Assembly (NCBI GenBank): GCA_028285525.1
Contig: JANQOZ010000020.1
Span: forward strand, 3,663-67,662
Length of the DNA: 64,000 nt
From: Lysobacterales bacterium
Lineage (GTDB): Bacteria; Pseudomonadota; Gammaproteobacteria; Xanthomonadales; SZUA-38
Direction: 5' to 3'
Of this stretch, positions 51,054-61,336 are shown piece after piece. The position numbers were made by a program, and so were the translations under genes. Positions within the stretch are counted from its first letter, which is position 1, and each line of letters opens with the position of its first letter. Below the pieces are notes generated by a model, which had not been told where the DNA came from, made no database searches, and worked only from the letters and a program-made list of their open reading frames with translations.

Positions 51054-52406
51054 CTAATGCTGAATAGCTTCTCCAGGCTCGCTGAAGGCATCGACTTCCG
51101 ACGTGGCCGAATGCCGCTGAAGCTTCCACAAGCACAGCATGGCGATGATGCAGGACCCGATCGAGAAACCTCGCAGCGCCGTCAGCACGCCGCCGTCATC
51201 GGGCTGCAGATCACTGAGGAATCCCACCAGCGTCGGGCCGAGTCCCAAGCCGACGATATTGATCATGAACACGTAAACCGCGGACACCCTGGCCCGGGTG
51301 ACCACCGGCGCCACTCGCATCACCGTGGCAGGCCCGGTACCCACAACGGTGCTCGACGCGAACTGAATCGCCCCGATAATGGCAAACAGCGCCCACGCCG
51401 TCTGCGCAAACAGCGAGATGATCACCAGCACCAGCGTAAGCGCTGCGCCAGACAAGAGCACTTTCTGATAGGCGGCTGAGACGCCGCGGCCTTGAAGCCA
51501 GTCTGCTGCCACTCCTCCAAACATAACCCCAGCCGGAGAAACCAGCAGCATCAGCAGCCCAAATCGGAACCCGATGTCCGGTAGCGCCCAGCCGTGCTCC
51601 CGGACCAGTATGGAAGGCATCCAGGTCATGTTGCCGTAGTTGACGGCTATCAGAAATGCATTCCCGACAAACAGCAGGCTGTAAATTTTCCACCTCAAGC
51701 GCAGCTCTGCGACGAGTCCCGAGGCGCGCTCCGGCCCTGCGGACTCGGCGGCCGGATCGAGCATTCCTCGTTGCGGTTCGCGAATCAGCAGCAGCAGAAC
51801 CAAGAACACGACTCCTGGCAAAGCCAACAGAATGAACGTGAGCTGCCAGGGCTCGAGCTGCGCGAGCATTGGCGTCGAAGTCAGGTCAACCCGCTCAGCA
51901 AACTCAAGGACCTTGCCGCCGGCCAGAAAGGCCAGCCCGCCGCCCAGCAGAGCACCCATCTGAAACAGGCTCAGCGCCGTGGCTAGCGATCGACGGGGCA
52001 CAATATCGGTCAACAGCGAATACCCAGCGGGCGCCAGCGCCGCCTCTCCAACACCGACGCCAACGCGGGCGCCAAGCAACGTCAGAAAACTACGCGCCAG
52101 CCCGCATAGTGCCGTCATAACGCTCCAGCAGGCGATGCCCCAGAAAATAATCCACTTGCGCGACCAGCGATCGATCAGCCAGGCGATCGGAATACCCATG
52201 GTGGCGTAGAACAGACCGAAGGCGACCCCGTGCAGCAGCCCAAGCTGAGTGTCACTGAGTCCGAGGTCAGCCTTGATCGGCTCGAACAGGAGCGACAGGG
52301 CGAAGCGGTCCACCAGAGAGAACGCCATGGCTGCCGACAGTGTGGCCACCACAAAAACGCGATAGCCGGTACCTGTGGATTCAGAGGGATCGGGTTCAGT
52401 CGACAT
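51054..52406 (-). CDS. MFS transporter (spinster-like)
   Basis: DRFALSLLFEPIKADLGLSDTQLGLL, RVGVGVGEA; alternative start 52421. Confidence 0.9.
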   Translation of the reverse strand: MSTEPDPSESTGTGYRVFVVATLSAAMAFSLVDRFALSLLFEPIKADLGLSDTQLGLLHGVAFGLFYATMGIPIAWLIDRWSRKWIIFWGIACWSVMTALCGLARSFLTLLGARVGVGVGEAALAPAGYSLLTDIVPRRSLATALSLFQMGALLGGGLAFLAGGKVLEFAERVDLTSTPMLAQLEPWQLTFILLALPGVVFLVLLLLIREPQRGMLDPAAESAGPERASGLVAELRLRWKIYSLLFVGNAFLIAVNYGNMTWMPSILVREHGWALPDIGFRFGLLMLLVSPAGVMFGGVAADWLQGRGVSAAYQKVLLSGAALTLVLVIISLFAQTAWALFAIIGAIQFASSTVVGTGPATVMRVAPVVTRARVSAVYVFMINIVGLGLGPTLVGFLSDLQPDDGGVLTALRGFSIGSCIIAMLCLWKLQRHSATSEVDAFSEPGEAIQH

Positions 52407-52495
52407 TACGACAGCCAGCATAGCCGCTGTAAGCGGCTGTCGCTAAGGCCTGGACGCCGAATTTGAACGCGAAACAACCGGCTCTGGCGGTGGGG

Positions 52496-54658
52496 TCAGT
52501 CAAGCCTTGCGGTGAACTCGATCCCGTAGGTTCTCGGAGCACCCCAGAGCACCTGGTCCGAGCCCTGAAACTGGCGGGCAAACTCCTTGTAGAGCTCGTC
52601 CGTGAGATTCCTGCCCCAGAGATAGACGCCGTACTGCCCGTTCCCAAACTCGTAGCCCATCCGCAGATCAAGGAGGGAATAGCCGTTCTCAACGTTGAAG
52701 GGACCGTTGTCGGGCTGCAGAAATGTTTCACCCTGATAGGAGACCTGAGGCGAAAAGCTGAATTCGCCGGCTCCTAATTCCCGGCGGTAGTCGATACCGA
52801 CGCTGGCAGTCCATTGCGGTGTTTTTTCCGTGGCGTTGCCCGTAAAATCAGCACCCGCCGCAGTTGCACCGGTGAAGTCGGTATATTCGCCGTCCAGGTA
52901 GCTCAACGCACCCGTGAACTGCCAGTTTTCGCCGGCCAGAACATTGAATTCAAGCTCCGCCCCGGAAATTTCGGATTCACCGGCGTTGCGCACAAACACC
53001 GTTGGCACCCCGTTCGCCGACTCAAACTGAGCCACTTGACGGTCTTTGTAGTCCGAGAAGAACACAGCGCCACTGATCCTTGCTATGCCGCCGATTTCTG
53101 CCTTCAGACCCAGCTCATAAGTCGTAACAAACTCGGGATCAAAGGTGATGTCTGCGGCAGTCAGAGGCGAGGGTGTCCCCAGCGGATCAACGTTGAACCC
53201 GCCAGACTTAAAGCCCCGCGAAACCGATCCATAGGCCGACAGGTCTTCGCTGAAAGTGTAGTTCAGCGCTGCCGTCCACGAAGGCTCCGTTGCGGAAATC
53301 TTCAGCCCGGGAATGTCTTTGTTGAACGGTGGCACGATAGCGCTGGTCTGGACGTAAGACCCTTCCTTAGTCTCGTCGGTGATCCGAAGACCGGTGGTGA
53401 GCGCCAGGTTGTCGGTCAGCTGGAAATCCACATTGCCGAAGAGCGCCAGCGCCTCCGTGTCCACGGGTCCGTCGGTAAAGAACAGAGGATTACCTTGCGC
53501 AAAGATCCTGCGCGAAGCGTCAGCGTCCTGGCGATAGTAGAACAGGCCAATCACGTAGTCGATCTGGCCGTCGTCCGTCGAGGCGAGCCGAACTTCCTGG
53601 GTGAACTGAGCCGCGTTGTCGGTAAAAGGACCGGAACGGAAAATGTCTACCGGCGTTTGGTCGATGTCGCTGAAAACGGTGATCTCAACGTCGCGCCACG
53701 CGGTGATGGACGTCAGCTCGTGTCCGGAACTGAAGGCATAATTGACGCTGAGGTCCAAACCGACCATGTCACGCTCGGTGGTATTCGGTTGGTCGGTGTT
53801 GACGAGAAATCGGTTTTCGTTGAAAAACGCTCCCCCGAAGGCAGCCGGTGAGCCGAGCTGATTTAAGATCGTATCCTGATCGTCTCGGGTAATATCAGCA
53901 CCGAAATTGATTTCCAGGTTGGCGTTCGGCGTATAGCGCAGCTGGCCCCGCGCAGATCGGCGCTCCTCGCTCTGGAGCTCCGAGCCATCGAAGAGATTGT
54001 CGAGGTAACCCTCCCGATCCCAGGTGGCAACGGTGACTTTGCCCGCAAGATTTTCCGACAGCCCGCCACTGACCGAACCTCGGAAACGGACCGCCCCATA
54101 GTTGCCGAAAGACAGGCTACCGTTGGCGCGAAACTCATCAGTCGGCTTTTTTGTCGTGATGTTGATGGCGCCTCCGGTGGTGTTTTTTCCAAAAAGTGTG
54201 CCTTGCGGCCCGCGCAGCACCTCAAGCTGGGCGATGTCGGCGAGGTCGATGTTGTAGGCGGATGTACGCCCGGCGTAAACGCCGTCGATATACATCCCTA
54301 CGCCGCTCTCTAGACCGATATTGCGAGCATCGCCCCCTACCCCGCGGATCGTTATTTCTGTCTGCAAGGCGCTGCGGTCCTGATAGTGAAGGCTGGGGAC
54401 CACGTTTTTGAGATCTTTCAGGCTGACAGCGGTAAGCCGTTCCAGCTGTTCCTCACTGAAGATGCTCATGGCAATCGGTACGTCTTGAAGCGTTTCGGCG
54501 CGCTTCCTGGCGGTAACCACCACCTCTTCCAGCACACCCTGAGCCTGGGCCGGGACTGAAAGCGAAAGAGCCACCGCAACTGCCAGTGACAATGCAGCCG
54601 CTCGCCCCGTCGCTTGCTGGGGTCTGGTTTCGCTGGAGCCTACGGTGCTGCCTGACAT
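52496..54658 (-). CDS. TonB-dependent receptor
   Basis: Signal peptide, LEEVVVTARKR TonB box, EVLRGPQGTLFG, GFKSGG, NLTD...PRTYG; GGAGG RBS. Confidence 0.94.
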   Translation of the reverse strand: MSGSTVGSSETRPQQATGRAAALSLAVAVALSLSVPAQAQGVLEEVVVTARKRAETLQDVPIAMSIFSEEQLERLTAVSLKDLKNVVPSLHYQDRSALQTEITIRGVGGDARNIGLESGVGMYIDGVYAGRTSAYNIDLADIAQLEVLRGPQGTLFGKNTTGGAINITTKKPTDEFRANGSLSFGNYGAVRFRGSVSGGLSENLAGKVTVATWDREGYLDNLFDGSELQSEERRSARGQLRYTPNANLEINFGADITRDDQDTILNQLGSPAAFGGAFFNENRFLVNTDQPNTTERDMVGLDLSVNYAFSSGHELTSITAWRDVEITVFSDIDQTPVDIFRSGPFTDNAAQFTQEVRLASTDDGQIDYVIGLFYYRQDADASRRIFAQGNPLFFTDGPVDTEALALFGNVDFQLTDNLALTTGLRITDETKEGSYVQTSAIVPPFNKDIPGLKISATEPSWTAALNYTFSEDLSAYGSVSRGFKSGGFNVDPLGTPSPLTAADITFDPEFVTTYELGLKAEIGGIARISGAVFFSDYKDRQVAQFESANGVPTVFVRNAGESEISGAELEFNVLAGENWQFTGALSYLDGEYTDFTGATAAGADFTGNATEKTPQWTASVGIDYRRELGAGEFSFSPQVSYQGETFLQPDNGPFNVENGYSLLDLRMGYEFGNGQYGVYLWGRNLTDELYKEFARQFQGSDQVLWGAPRTYGIEFTARLD

Positions 54659-54732
54659 GCCTGCGCCTCCCGATGTGCTGAACGTTCGGTTACGGTACGC
54701 ACTGGCCCAGACAGGAATCCAATGAGTTGTTC

Positions 54733-54748
54733 TTATCAGCTCAAATAA
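54733..54748. promoter_or_regulatory. LysR-type box TTAT-N8-ATAA upstream of TBDR
   Basis: Same motif at 55717 and 61227, similar distance to start codons. Confidence 0.6.
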
Positions 54749-54775
54749 GGAATTCTTGGGCGCACCCGGGCGCCA

Positions 54776-55711
54776 TCAAACGTGACAGAATTCCTGCGGG
54801 CAACTGGCGGCAAACTCCTTCGCCGAGCAACGCGCAAGATCCACTAGCCTTTCGACCATCGGGTCACCCGCGGTGGTTCGCATACATGCCGTTAAATCGA
54901 TAGTTGGCAGTGATTGAGCCACCGGCAAAATTCCCACCTCACCACGGGCGATCTCATCGGCCATGACAAACGGCGGGATCGCCATCACTCCGAGGCCGCT
55001 ACGAACAAGCTGGCATGCGGTCGCCAGCGAATAGGAGCAGTTCAGCCCTACCCGATCAGGGGACGCAGGGACGTTCCTGATGTCATGCGAGGTGAAATAG
55101 TCTCTGATCAGCTCGAAGCCGGACGTGCCCTCGCGATTCATGATCACCGGCAGACTCGCCAGATCGACGATATCCAGGGGCATCTCGCAGTCGAAGTGGT
55201 TGGGCGACGCCAGCCACTTCATCGGAAACGAGCAGATGGGTATGTTTTCAACGTGGGGTTCGTTGATGGGGCCCCAGACAAACACCAGGTCGAGCTCATT
55301 CCGGCACAAAAGGTCCACGAGCGCTGGCGACGTTTCCGTCGTGATGTCCAGCGTTGCGCCGGGCTCTTCGTCTCGAATCGACGCAACGAAGGCGGGAAGC
55401 CACGAAAGGGTGACAAATTCGATAATGCCGACTCGCGTTACGGCGTTCTCGGCGGCAACGGACACGAGTTCACGGTGCATCTCCCCCGATAGCTCGACAA
55501 TCTTTTCGGCAAAGGGAAGAAGGTGCCGTCCGGCTGCGGTCAGCTCAAACTGCTTGGCGCCCCGCACATAGAGTTTTCGCCCAAAAAGATCTTCCAGGGT
55601 GGAGATTCGCTGAGACACACCCGGCTGCGTGGTGTGGAGCTTCTCGGCCGCAGCGTTGAAGTTCTTGAGACGGGACAGCCAAACAAACGTCTCGAGGAAA
55701 CGAATATTCAT
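54776..55711 (-). CDS. LysR-family regulator
   Basis: MNIRFLETFVW...AAEKLHTTQPGVSQRI. Confidence 0.92.
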   Translation of the reverse strand: MNIRFLETFVWLSRLKNFNAAAEKLHTTQPGVSQRISTLEDLFGRKLYVRGAKQFELTAAGRHLLPFAEKIVELSGEMHRELVSVAAENAVTRVGIIEFVTLSWLPAFVASIRDEEPGATLDITTETSPALVDLLCRNELDLVFVWGPINEPHVENIPICSFPMKWLASPNHFDCEMPLDIVDLASLPVIMNREGTSGFELIRDYFTSHDIRNVPASPDRVGLNCSYSLATACQLVRSGLGVMAIPPFVMADEIARGEVGILPVAQSLPTIDLTACMRTTAGDPMVERLVDLARCSAKEFAASCPQEFCHV

Positions 55712-55716
55712 TTTAT

Positions 55717-55732
55717 TTATGTACGCCCATCA
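55717..55732. promoter_or_regulatory. LysR-type box TTAT-N8-ATCA between lysR and rraA-like gene
   Basis: Followed on + strand by TTGCCG-N17-TATGCT sigma70-like promoter. Confidence 0.55.
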
Positions 55733-55809
55733 GGAATGCCGTTTGCCGAGCCCGAATGACAATCCTATGCTGGCTCCGAACAAAAATGCCGACGGACGGA
55801 GCAGCAGCC

Positions 55810-56508
55810 ATGCCTATGTTACCCCAACGACAGGTCTATCAGGTTGAACCGATGCCCGCGCAGATTTCCGATAAACAGCGCAGCGCGCTGCTGGCGCTGG
55901 ACACGCCGACCATCGGGCATCATCTCGAGAGCGGATTTATGGATCCCGGAATCACCCAACAGATGCCCGGCACCAAGATCGCCGGCACGGCAATCACCGT
56001 GCGGGTCACGCTGCCGGATTCCGTCATGGCCCACTACGCCCTCAAATTTGCCCGACCGGGGGACGTGCTCGTCATCGACCGCGGCCAGGATCAGCGGACC
56101 GCCTGCTGGGGCGCAGCCACTGCTCATGCAGCCGCAGCCGTTGGGCTGGCCGGCCTGATTCTTGACGGCGCGGCGACCGACATTCCGGATGCGGAAAGGC
56201 TCGGCCTGCCGATCTGGTGCCGGGGCCTGAGTCCGGTGACCACAAAGTATCGCGGGCTAGGCGGCGAGATGAACGTGCCGGTGTCCTGCGGCGGCGTGGC
56301 GGTGAATCCCGGTGACGCTGTCTTTGCTGACGATAACGGCATTGTTGTCATACCCCCGCAGATTCTCGATGAGACCATCGAAGCAGGCGAAGCGTGGCAC
56401 GCGGCGGAACAGAACTTTCTGGAACGGCTAAAACGGGAGCCCGACCTTTGCTACCCGGATGTGACGGGTGCGTCAGAAATTGTCGAGAGCCGGCTACTCG
56501 GGCGGTAG
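55810..56508 (+). CDS. RraA/HMG-aldolase family protein
   Basis: AGTAITV, PGDVLVID, ACWG, DGAATD, NVPVSCGGVAVNPGDAVFADDNG; GGAG RBS before ATG 55810. Confidence 0.88.
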   Translation: MPMLPQRQVYQVEPMPAQISDKQRSALLALDTPTIGHHLESGFMDPGITQQMPGTKIAGTAITVRVTLPDSVMAHYALKFARPGDVLVIDRGQDQRTACWGAATAHAAAAVGLAGLILDGAATDIPDAERLGLPIWCRGLSPVTTKYRGLGGEMNVPVSCGGVAVNPGDAVFADDNGIVVIPPQILDETIEAGEAWHAAEQNFLERLKREPDLCYPDVTGASEIVESRLLGR

Positions 56509-57393
56509 TGTCTCAATCGCCGTATCGTCCCGGCTTCCCCACTGCGCCCACGACCCATCGTAGACCGCCGCAGAGCCCGCCCCGGCCTGCTCTGCCGCGA
56601 GCGCCAGCAGACAGGCTGAGATGCCGCTGCCGCAGGTCATCACCAAAGGCCTGCCGAGATCCACGCCAGCGGCGGCGAAGCGCGCACGCAGCGCCTCGCC
56701 CGCGAGCAGCGTTTCCCCGCTGTCGTCGAGAAGATCACTGTAAGGCAGGTTTCTCGCTCCCGGCATGTGGCCACTCCGCAGGCCAGGTCGAGGCTCTGGT
56801 TGGGTGCCTGCAAAACGACCCGCTGCTCGCGCATCGACAATTTGCGGTAGTCCGTCGCGAATCGCAGAGCGGATCTGCGAGAGCGAGTAGATCCGTTGGG
56901 GGTCTGGCGGCTTGGCAACCCAGTCTCCCGGTGATGCATTTCCACCTGCAGGGGCCTCTGAGGACTGAACGGCGCCACCCGCCGCCAGCCAGTGCGGCAG
57001 GCCGCCGTTGAGAATGGCCACACCGGCGTGACCGAAGAGATGGAGCATCCACCACGCCCGCGGTGAGGAAAACACGCCGACGCTATCGTAGACCACAACG
57101 CGGTCCGATCGATTAACGCCGGCCGCTTGAAGCGCCCGCGTAAAATCAGCCGCCGAGGGAACCATGTGCGGCAGATCAGACGAGTCATCGCTTAGCCCGT
57201 CTATGTCGAAGAAGACCGCGCCTGGTATATGGCGAGCAGCGTATTCTGCCTGCGCATCGCGGTTGCTGGTCGGCAGGTGCCACGACGCGTCGAAAATGAA
57301 AAGGTCGTCGGCACCGAGGTTCTGCTGCAGCCACTCAACGGACACAACAGACGACATCCCGTCTGTGGGCGCCGACTTCAAGGAGATGACCAT
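56494..57393 (-). CDS. sseA: 3-mercaptopyruvate sulfurtransferase (rhodanese)
   Basis: DASWHLP, HIPGAVFFDID, DARAAGRF.G..PEPR, CGSGISA active loop, YDGSW; alternative start 57357. Confidence 0.9.
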   Translation of the reverse strand: MVISLKSAPTDGMSSVVSVEWLQQNLGADDLFIFDASWHLPTSNRDAQAEYAARHIPGAVFFDIDGLSDDSSDLPHMVPSAADFTRALQAAGVNRSDRVVVYDSVGVFSSPRAWWMLHLFGHAGVAILNGGLPHWLAAGGAVQSSEAPAGGNASPGDWVAKPPDPQRIYSLSQIRSAIRDGLPQIVDARAAGRFAGTQPEPRPGLRSGHMPGARNLPYSDLLDDSGETLLAGEALRARFAAAGVDLGRPLVMTCGSGISACLLALAAEQAGAGSAAVYDGSWAQWGSRDDTAIETLPPE

Positions 57394-59093
57394 GTGGCGT
57401 CCGCCTTGTCTCGTCCGTAATGCTCGCGAGCGAACTCCAGCGTGGTTTTCTCTTCGAGGATATCGTCTCGTATCGCCTCGTCCCTTCGATCCTCGCAGGG
57501 GCCGTAACCCGCACCGCCCGGAGTCTCCAGCCGGATCGATGTACCTTTTTGGACTACTTTTCCGGGCTGGTTCGCCTTGAGGATTTCCTCTTCCGCAGTG
57601 CCTGGATTGACAATGATCCGGGCATTGGACCCATCCTTTCCACCCATCAGCCCCGTGGGGTGGATCACCGTTTTTTCCGAGTTAGCGTAAAAAAAAGTTC
57701 CCTCATCGAGCACACGGATTTCTCTGGCGATACCGAGTCCTCCGCGTTGTCTCCCCGCCCCGCAGCTGTCGGGAATCAAGCAATACTCCTCGACCAGCAG
57801 CGGGTATTCATTCTCCAGCGCTTCGGCAGGCAGGTTGGATGAGTTGGTGATATGGACGTGGGTCCCATCAGCGCCGTCAAGATCACACATGGACCCGGAG
57901 CCACCTCCAATGGTCTCGACGTAGACGTAGGTTCCTGGGCGTCGACGGGATTGTCCGGACACTACCAGTGCCGGCATGGCATCGTTCCCTGATGCCATTT
58001 GGCGGTCTGACGGCAGCAGTTCGTTAAATGCGCCGATGATCGCGCCGGAGAAAGGCTGTGCGGTACACGAGCGCATGCCTACGGCCCCTGGGAACTCGGG
58101 CTTCGCCAGGCTGCCGTCGGGGGCTTTGATCGTGACCGCCGCAGCCATTCCGTCATTAGGCAGCAGCTCCGGATCGAGCATGGTCTTGACGCAGTAGTAG
58201 ACCGTGGCATTCAGCGCCGCTTTTGGCATGTTGTAGGCGCCGCGCGCCTGCGGACCGGTACCCTCAAAGTCGACCGTCAGGTCGCTGCCGCTGACCGTCA
58301 CTGTCGCTTGGATTCGGACCGGGTCTCCGCCGAACCCGTCGTCGTCGAGCCATGTGGCAAAGGTGCTGGAGCCATCATCCAGAGCCGCAATCCGAGCTCG
58401 AAGACGCCGCTCCGTATAGGCGAGGAGATCGTCGACTGATCGCTCCACTTCCTCGATGCTGTGGGCCGAAACAAGGTCCTGCACCAGCCGCCGACCACGA
58501 TCGTTGGCCGCGATCTGGACTTTGAGATCAAACGCACGATCCTCGGGTTCCCGGCTGTTGGACGTTACAAAAGAAAGGACGTCTTCATCCAGCGTGCCGG
58601 CGCGCATGACCCGGACCAACGGAATCCGAAGACCCTCGTCGAAGATCGTTTGTGCCGTGGGCGACACCGAGCCCGGTGTCGATCCACCGACGTCCGAATG
58701 GTGGCCGAGGTTGGTGGCAAAAAAGCGCAGGCGACCACCGCAGAAGATGGGCGTGACGATGGTGATGTCTGGGGAATGGGTCCCGCCGGCGAGGTAGGCG
58801 TCGTTGCACATAAACACATCGCCGTCCCGAATGTCATCCAGCGAATATTTGGCCAGGATGGTCTCAACCCCTCCCTCCAGCGCGCCGAGATGCATGGGAA
58901 TATGGGACGCTTGGGAAATCAGCCGACCCCGACGGTCGAACAGCGCCACCGAACAGTCCTGACGCTCCTTGATATTGGGCGAAAACGAGCCCCGAATAAG
59001 CGTTATGCCCATTTCTTCAGTGATGGTCAGCAGGCGATTGGAGAATACCTCCATCGCTATCGGGTCGAACCCGGAGGGAGTGCCTTCAGGCAT
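57378..59093 (-). CDS. hydantoinase B/5-oxoprolinase subunit
   Basis: SPNIKERQDCS, HIPMHLG, GGTHSPD, HHSDVGG, ETIGGGSG, ETPGGAGYG. Confidence 0.92.
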   Translation of the reverse strand: MPEGTPSGFDPIAMEVFSNRLLTITEEMGITLIRGSFSPNIKERQDCSVALFDRRGRLISQASHIPMHLGALEGGVETILAKYSLDDIRDGDVFMCNDAYLAGGTHSPDITIVTPIFCGGRLRFFATNLGHHSDVGGSTPGSVSPTAQTIFDEGLRIPLVRVMRAGTLDEDVLSFVTSNSREPEDRAFDLKVQIAANDRGRRLVQDLVSAHSIEEVERSVDDLLAYTERRLRARIAALDDGSSTFATWLDDDGFGGDPVRIQATVTVSGSDLTVDFEGTGPQARGAYNMPKAALNATVYYCVKTMLDPELLPNDGMAAAVTIKAPDGSLAKPEFPGAVGMRSCTAQPFSGAIIGAFNELLPSDRQMASGNDAMPALVVSGQSRRRPGTYVYVETIGGGSGSMCDLDGADGTHVHITNSSNLPAEALENEYPLLVEEYCLIPDSCGAGRQRGGLGIAREIRVLDEGTFFYANSEKTVIHPTGLMGGKDGSNARIIVNPGTAEEEILKANQPGKVVQKGTSIRLETPGGAGYGPCEDRRDEAIRDDILEEKTTLEFAREHYGRDKADATWSSP

Positions 59094-61155
59094 TTTCAAG
59101 AGCCTCCTCGTGTGGGGCTGATCGAGTGATTATCAGGTTACCGAATTCATCAACAATCACCTGCTGGCTGGGATGAATTACGGTAGTCGAGCTCATTTCC
59201 TCGACGATAGCGGGCCCCTGGATTTCCATACCTGCCGGCAGCCTTTCGCGGCGCAATACGGGGGTCTGACGCCAACCGATCTCCCGGCCAAAAAACGCGT
59301 TTCGCTCCCCGGTCTTTGGGTCCTCGCCACCAACTCCTTCTAGACGGGAGTGGGCCTTTTCAATCCGGCCGACGGCTCGAACCCGGCAGTTGACGATCTC
59401 GACAGCCCGACCCTCGATATCGTAACCATACTCCCGTTTGTGTCGATCTTTGAATTCGGCGACGAAACCATCGACCGACAGTTTGGCGAGATCGCGAACG
59501 ACCACCGCTAATTCGTAGTTCTGGCCGTCATAGCGAGCGTCGATCATGGTCTCGATTCGGCGCTCCGAGTCCGGGACCAACTCTCTGGTGAGCCATGCCT
59601 CTGCCTTATCGTGCATACCTCGGAGAACAGCAATAACTTCTCGCCAGATGTCAGGGGTCGCGAGCATCAGTTCGCTGCGGACAAAGTCCATGGTGATATC
59701 GGACAGCAAAATGCCTCTGGCGCACAGGGTTCCGGGCTCACGGGGCACGATGATGGTATTGATGCCGGCTTCTCGAGCCAGGTCAGCGGCATGCAGTGGA
59801 CCGGCTCCACCGTAGGCAATCAGGGCAAACTCACGAATGTCGTGGCCCTTTTCGGTGGATACCGCATGAATTGCCCGATTCATATTGGCGGCAGCGATGC
59901 GCAATATCCCGTACGCGGCGTCTTCGAGATCGATACCCAGAGGACCGGCTACCTTATCCTGGATTACGGCCCTGGCGCCTGCCGCATTAATCAAGAGCCT
60001 GCCATCGAGCAGCGAATGCTGATCCAGCCGTCCGAGGACAATATTGGCGTCGGTGATCGTTGGCGCAGTGCCGCCTCGGTCGTAGGCTACCGGCCCGGGA
60101 ACGGCACCGGCGCTTTTCGGCCCAACCTTCAGGGATCCCGCGTCGTCCACTGCGGCGATGCTGCCGCCGCCAGCGCCGATGACGTGGATATCGACCATCG
60201 GTGTTCTGACCGGAAAACCCGCTACCGTCCGATCGGAGGCAAACAGCGGTTGGCCGTCGACAATAATCGAGACGTCGGTTGACGTGCCGCCGACGTCAAA
60301 CGTGACCAGGTTTCGGAAGCCAGCCGTCCGTCCCACCTCGGCGGCGCCGATCACGCCGGCCGCAGGGCCGGAGACACAGGTCCGTACCGGCATCTCGCGG
60401 ACCGTAGCGACGGACATCAGCCCACCATTGCTATGGACCGTATCGAGGTTGGCGCTGATTCCGAGACCCTTGACACGAGTCAGCAGCTTTTCCAGGTAGC
60501 GCTGCATTCGCGGCCCCATGTAGGCATTCAGCACCGTCGTCGAAAGCCGCTCAAATTCTCGAAACTCCGGCAGCACCTCGCTCGAAAGACTCACGTAAAC
60601 GCCAGGCAGCTCTTCGGCCAGGATTTCGCGGGCCCGGCGTTCGTGAGAGGGATTGCGATAGCTGTGCAAAAAACAAATTACGACCGCTTCGATATCGCTC
60701 TCAACGAGTCTCCGGGCAGCGGCCCGCACAGCGTTCTCGTCCAGGGGCCGGTGCACCGAGCCGTCAGCAAGGATGCGTTCATCAATTTCGAGCCGCAGAT
60801 GGCGCGGTATCAGTGGCTCGGGTCGGCGTACGCGATAGTTATAGAGGTGCGGCCGGGTCTGACGGCCGATCTCAAGCACGTCCCTGAAACCGCGCGTTGT
60901 CATCAGCCCGGTCCGCGCCCCTTTGCGCTCGATCGCCATATTGGTCGCGACTGTTGTGCCATGGCCTAAATGGGAAACCTGATCCGGTGAGATCTCGAGG
61001 TTTTCAATCAGACTGGCCAGCCCAGACTCAATCGCGGCCGAGGGGTCGTCAGGCGTTGAGGAGACCTTGAAGTAGTCAACGACGCCGCTTTCGTCATTGA
61101 TGATCGTAAAGTCGGTGAACGTTCCACCGACATCGAATCCAATTCGATAGCCCAA
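59086..61155 (-). CDS. hydantoinase A/5-oxoprolinase (ATP-binding) subunit
   Basis: DVGGTFTD, HGTTVATN, SGPAAG, DVGGTSTD, GAGGGS, GGAGPLH. Confidence 0.93.
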   Translation of the reverse strand: MGYRIGFDVGGTFTDFTIINDESGVVDYFKVSSTPDDPSAAIESGLASLIENLEISPDQVSHLGHGTTVATNMAIERKGARTGLMTTRGFRDVLEIGRQTRPHLYNYRVRRPEPLIPRHLRLEIDERILADGSVHRPLDENAVRAAARRLVESDIEAVVICFLHSYRNPSHERRAREILAEELPGVYVSLSSEVLPEFREFERLSTTVLNAYMGPRMQRYLEKLLTRVKGLGISANLDTVHSNGGLMSVATVREMPVRTCVSGPAAGVIGAAEVGRTAGFRNLVTFDVGGTSTDVSIIVDGQPLFASDRTVAGFPVRTPMVDIHVIGAGGGSIAAVDDAGSLKVGPKSAGAVPGPVAYDRGGTAPTITDANIVLGRLDQHSLLDGRLLINAAGARAVIQDKVAGPLGIDLEDAAYGILRIAAANMNRAIHAVSTEKGHDIREFALIAYGGAGPLHAADLAREAGINTIIVPREPGTLCARGILLSDITMDFVRSELMLATPDIWREVIAVLRGMHDKAEAWLTRELVPDSERRIETMIDARYDGQNYELAVVVRDLAKLSVDGFVAEFKDRHKREYGYDIEGRAVEIVNCRVRAVGRIEKAHSRLEGVGGEDPKTGERNAFFGREIGWRQTPVLRRERLPAGMEIQGPAIVEEMSSTTVIHPSQQVIVDEFGNLIITRSAPHEEALENA

Positions 61156-61226
61156 CGGTCCGGCCTCGCTGAAGAAGGTGTTCTGAGCCTACCGGTGCGG
61201 GTTGCACCCCGACAAATTGGATATCG

Positions 61227-61242
61227 TTATGACTGCTTATAA
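61227..61242. promoter_or_regulatory. LysR-type box TTAT-N8-ATAA upstream of hydantoinase A
   Basis: Followed on - strand by TTGTCG-N18-TAGGCT. Confidence 0.6.
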
Positions 61243-61336
61243 AGATTTTCGAACCCCGCCAGCAGCGGGGCTGACCGGCAGCAGCCCGCCACATCGAGCC
61301 AGCGGAAGCCGATCTCGAGTGCAGCGGCCATGGCGT

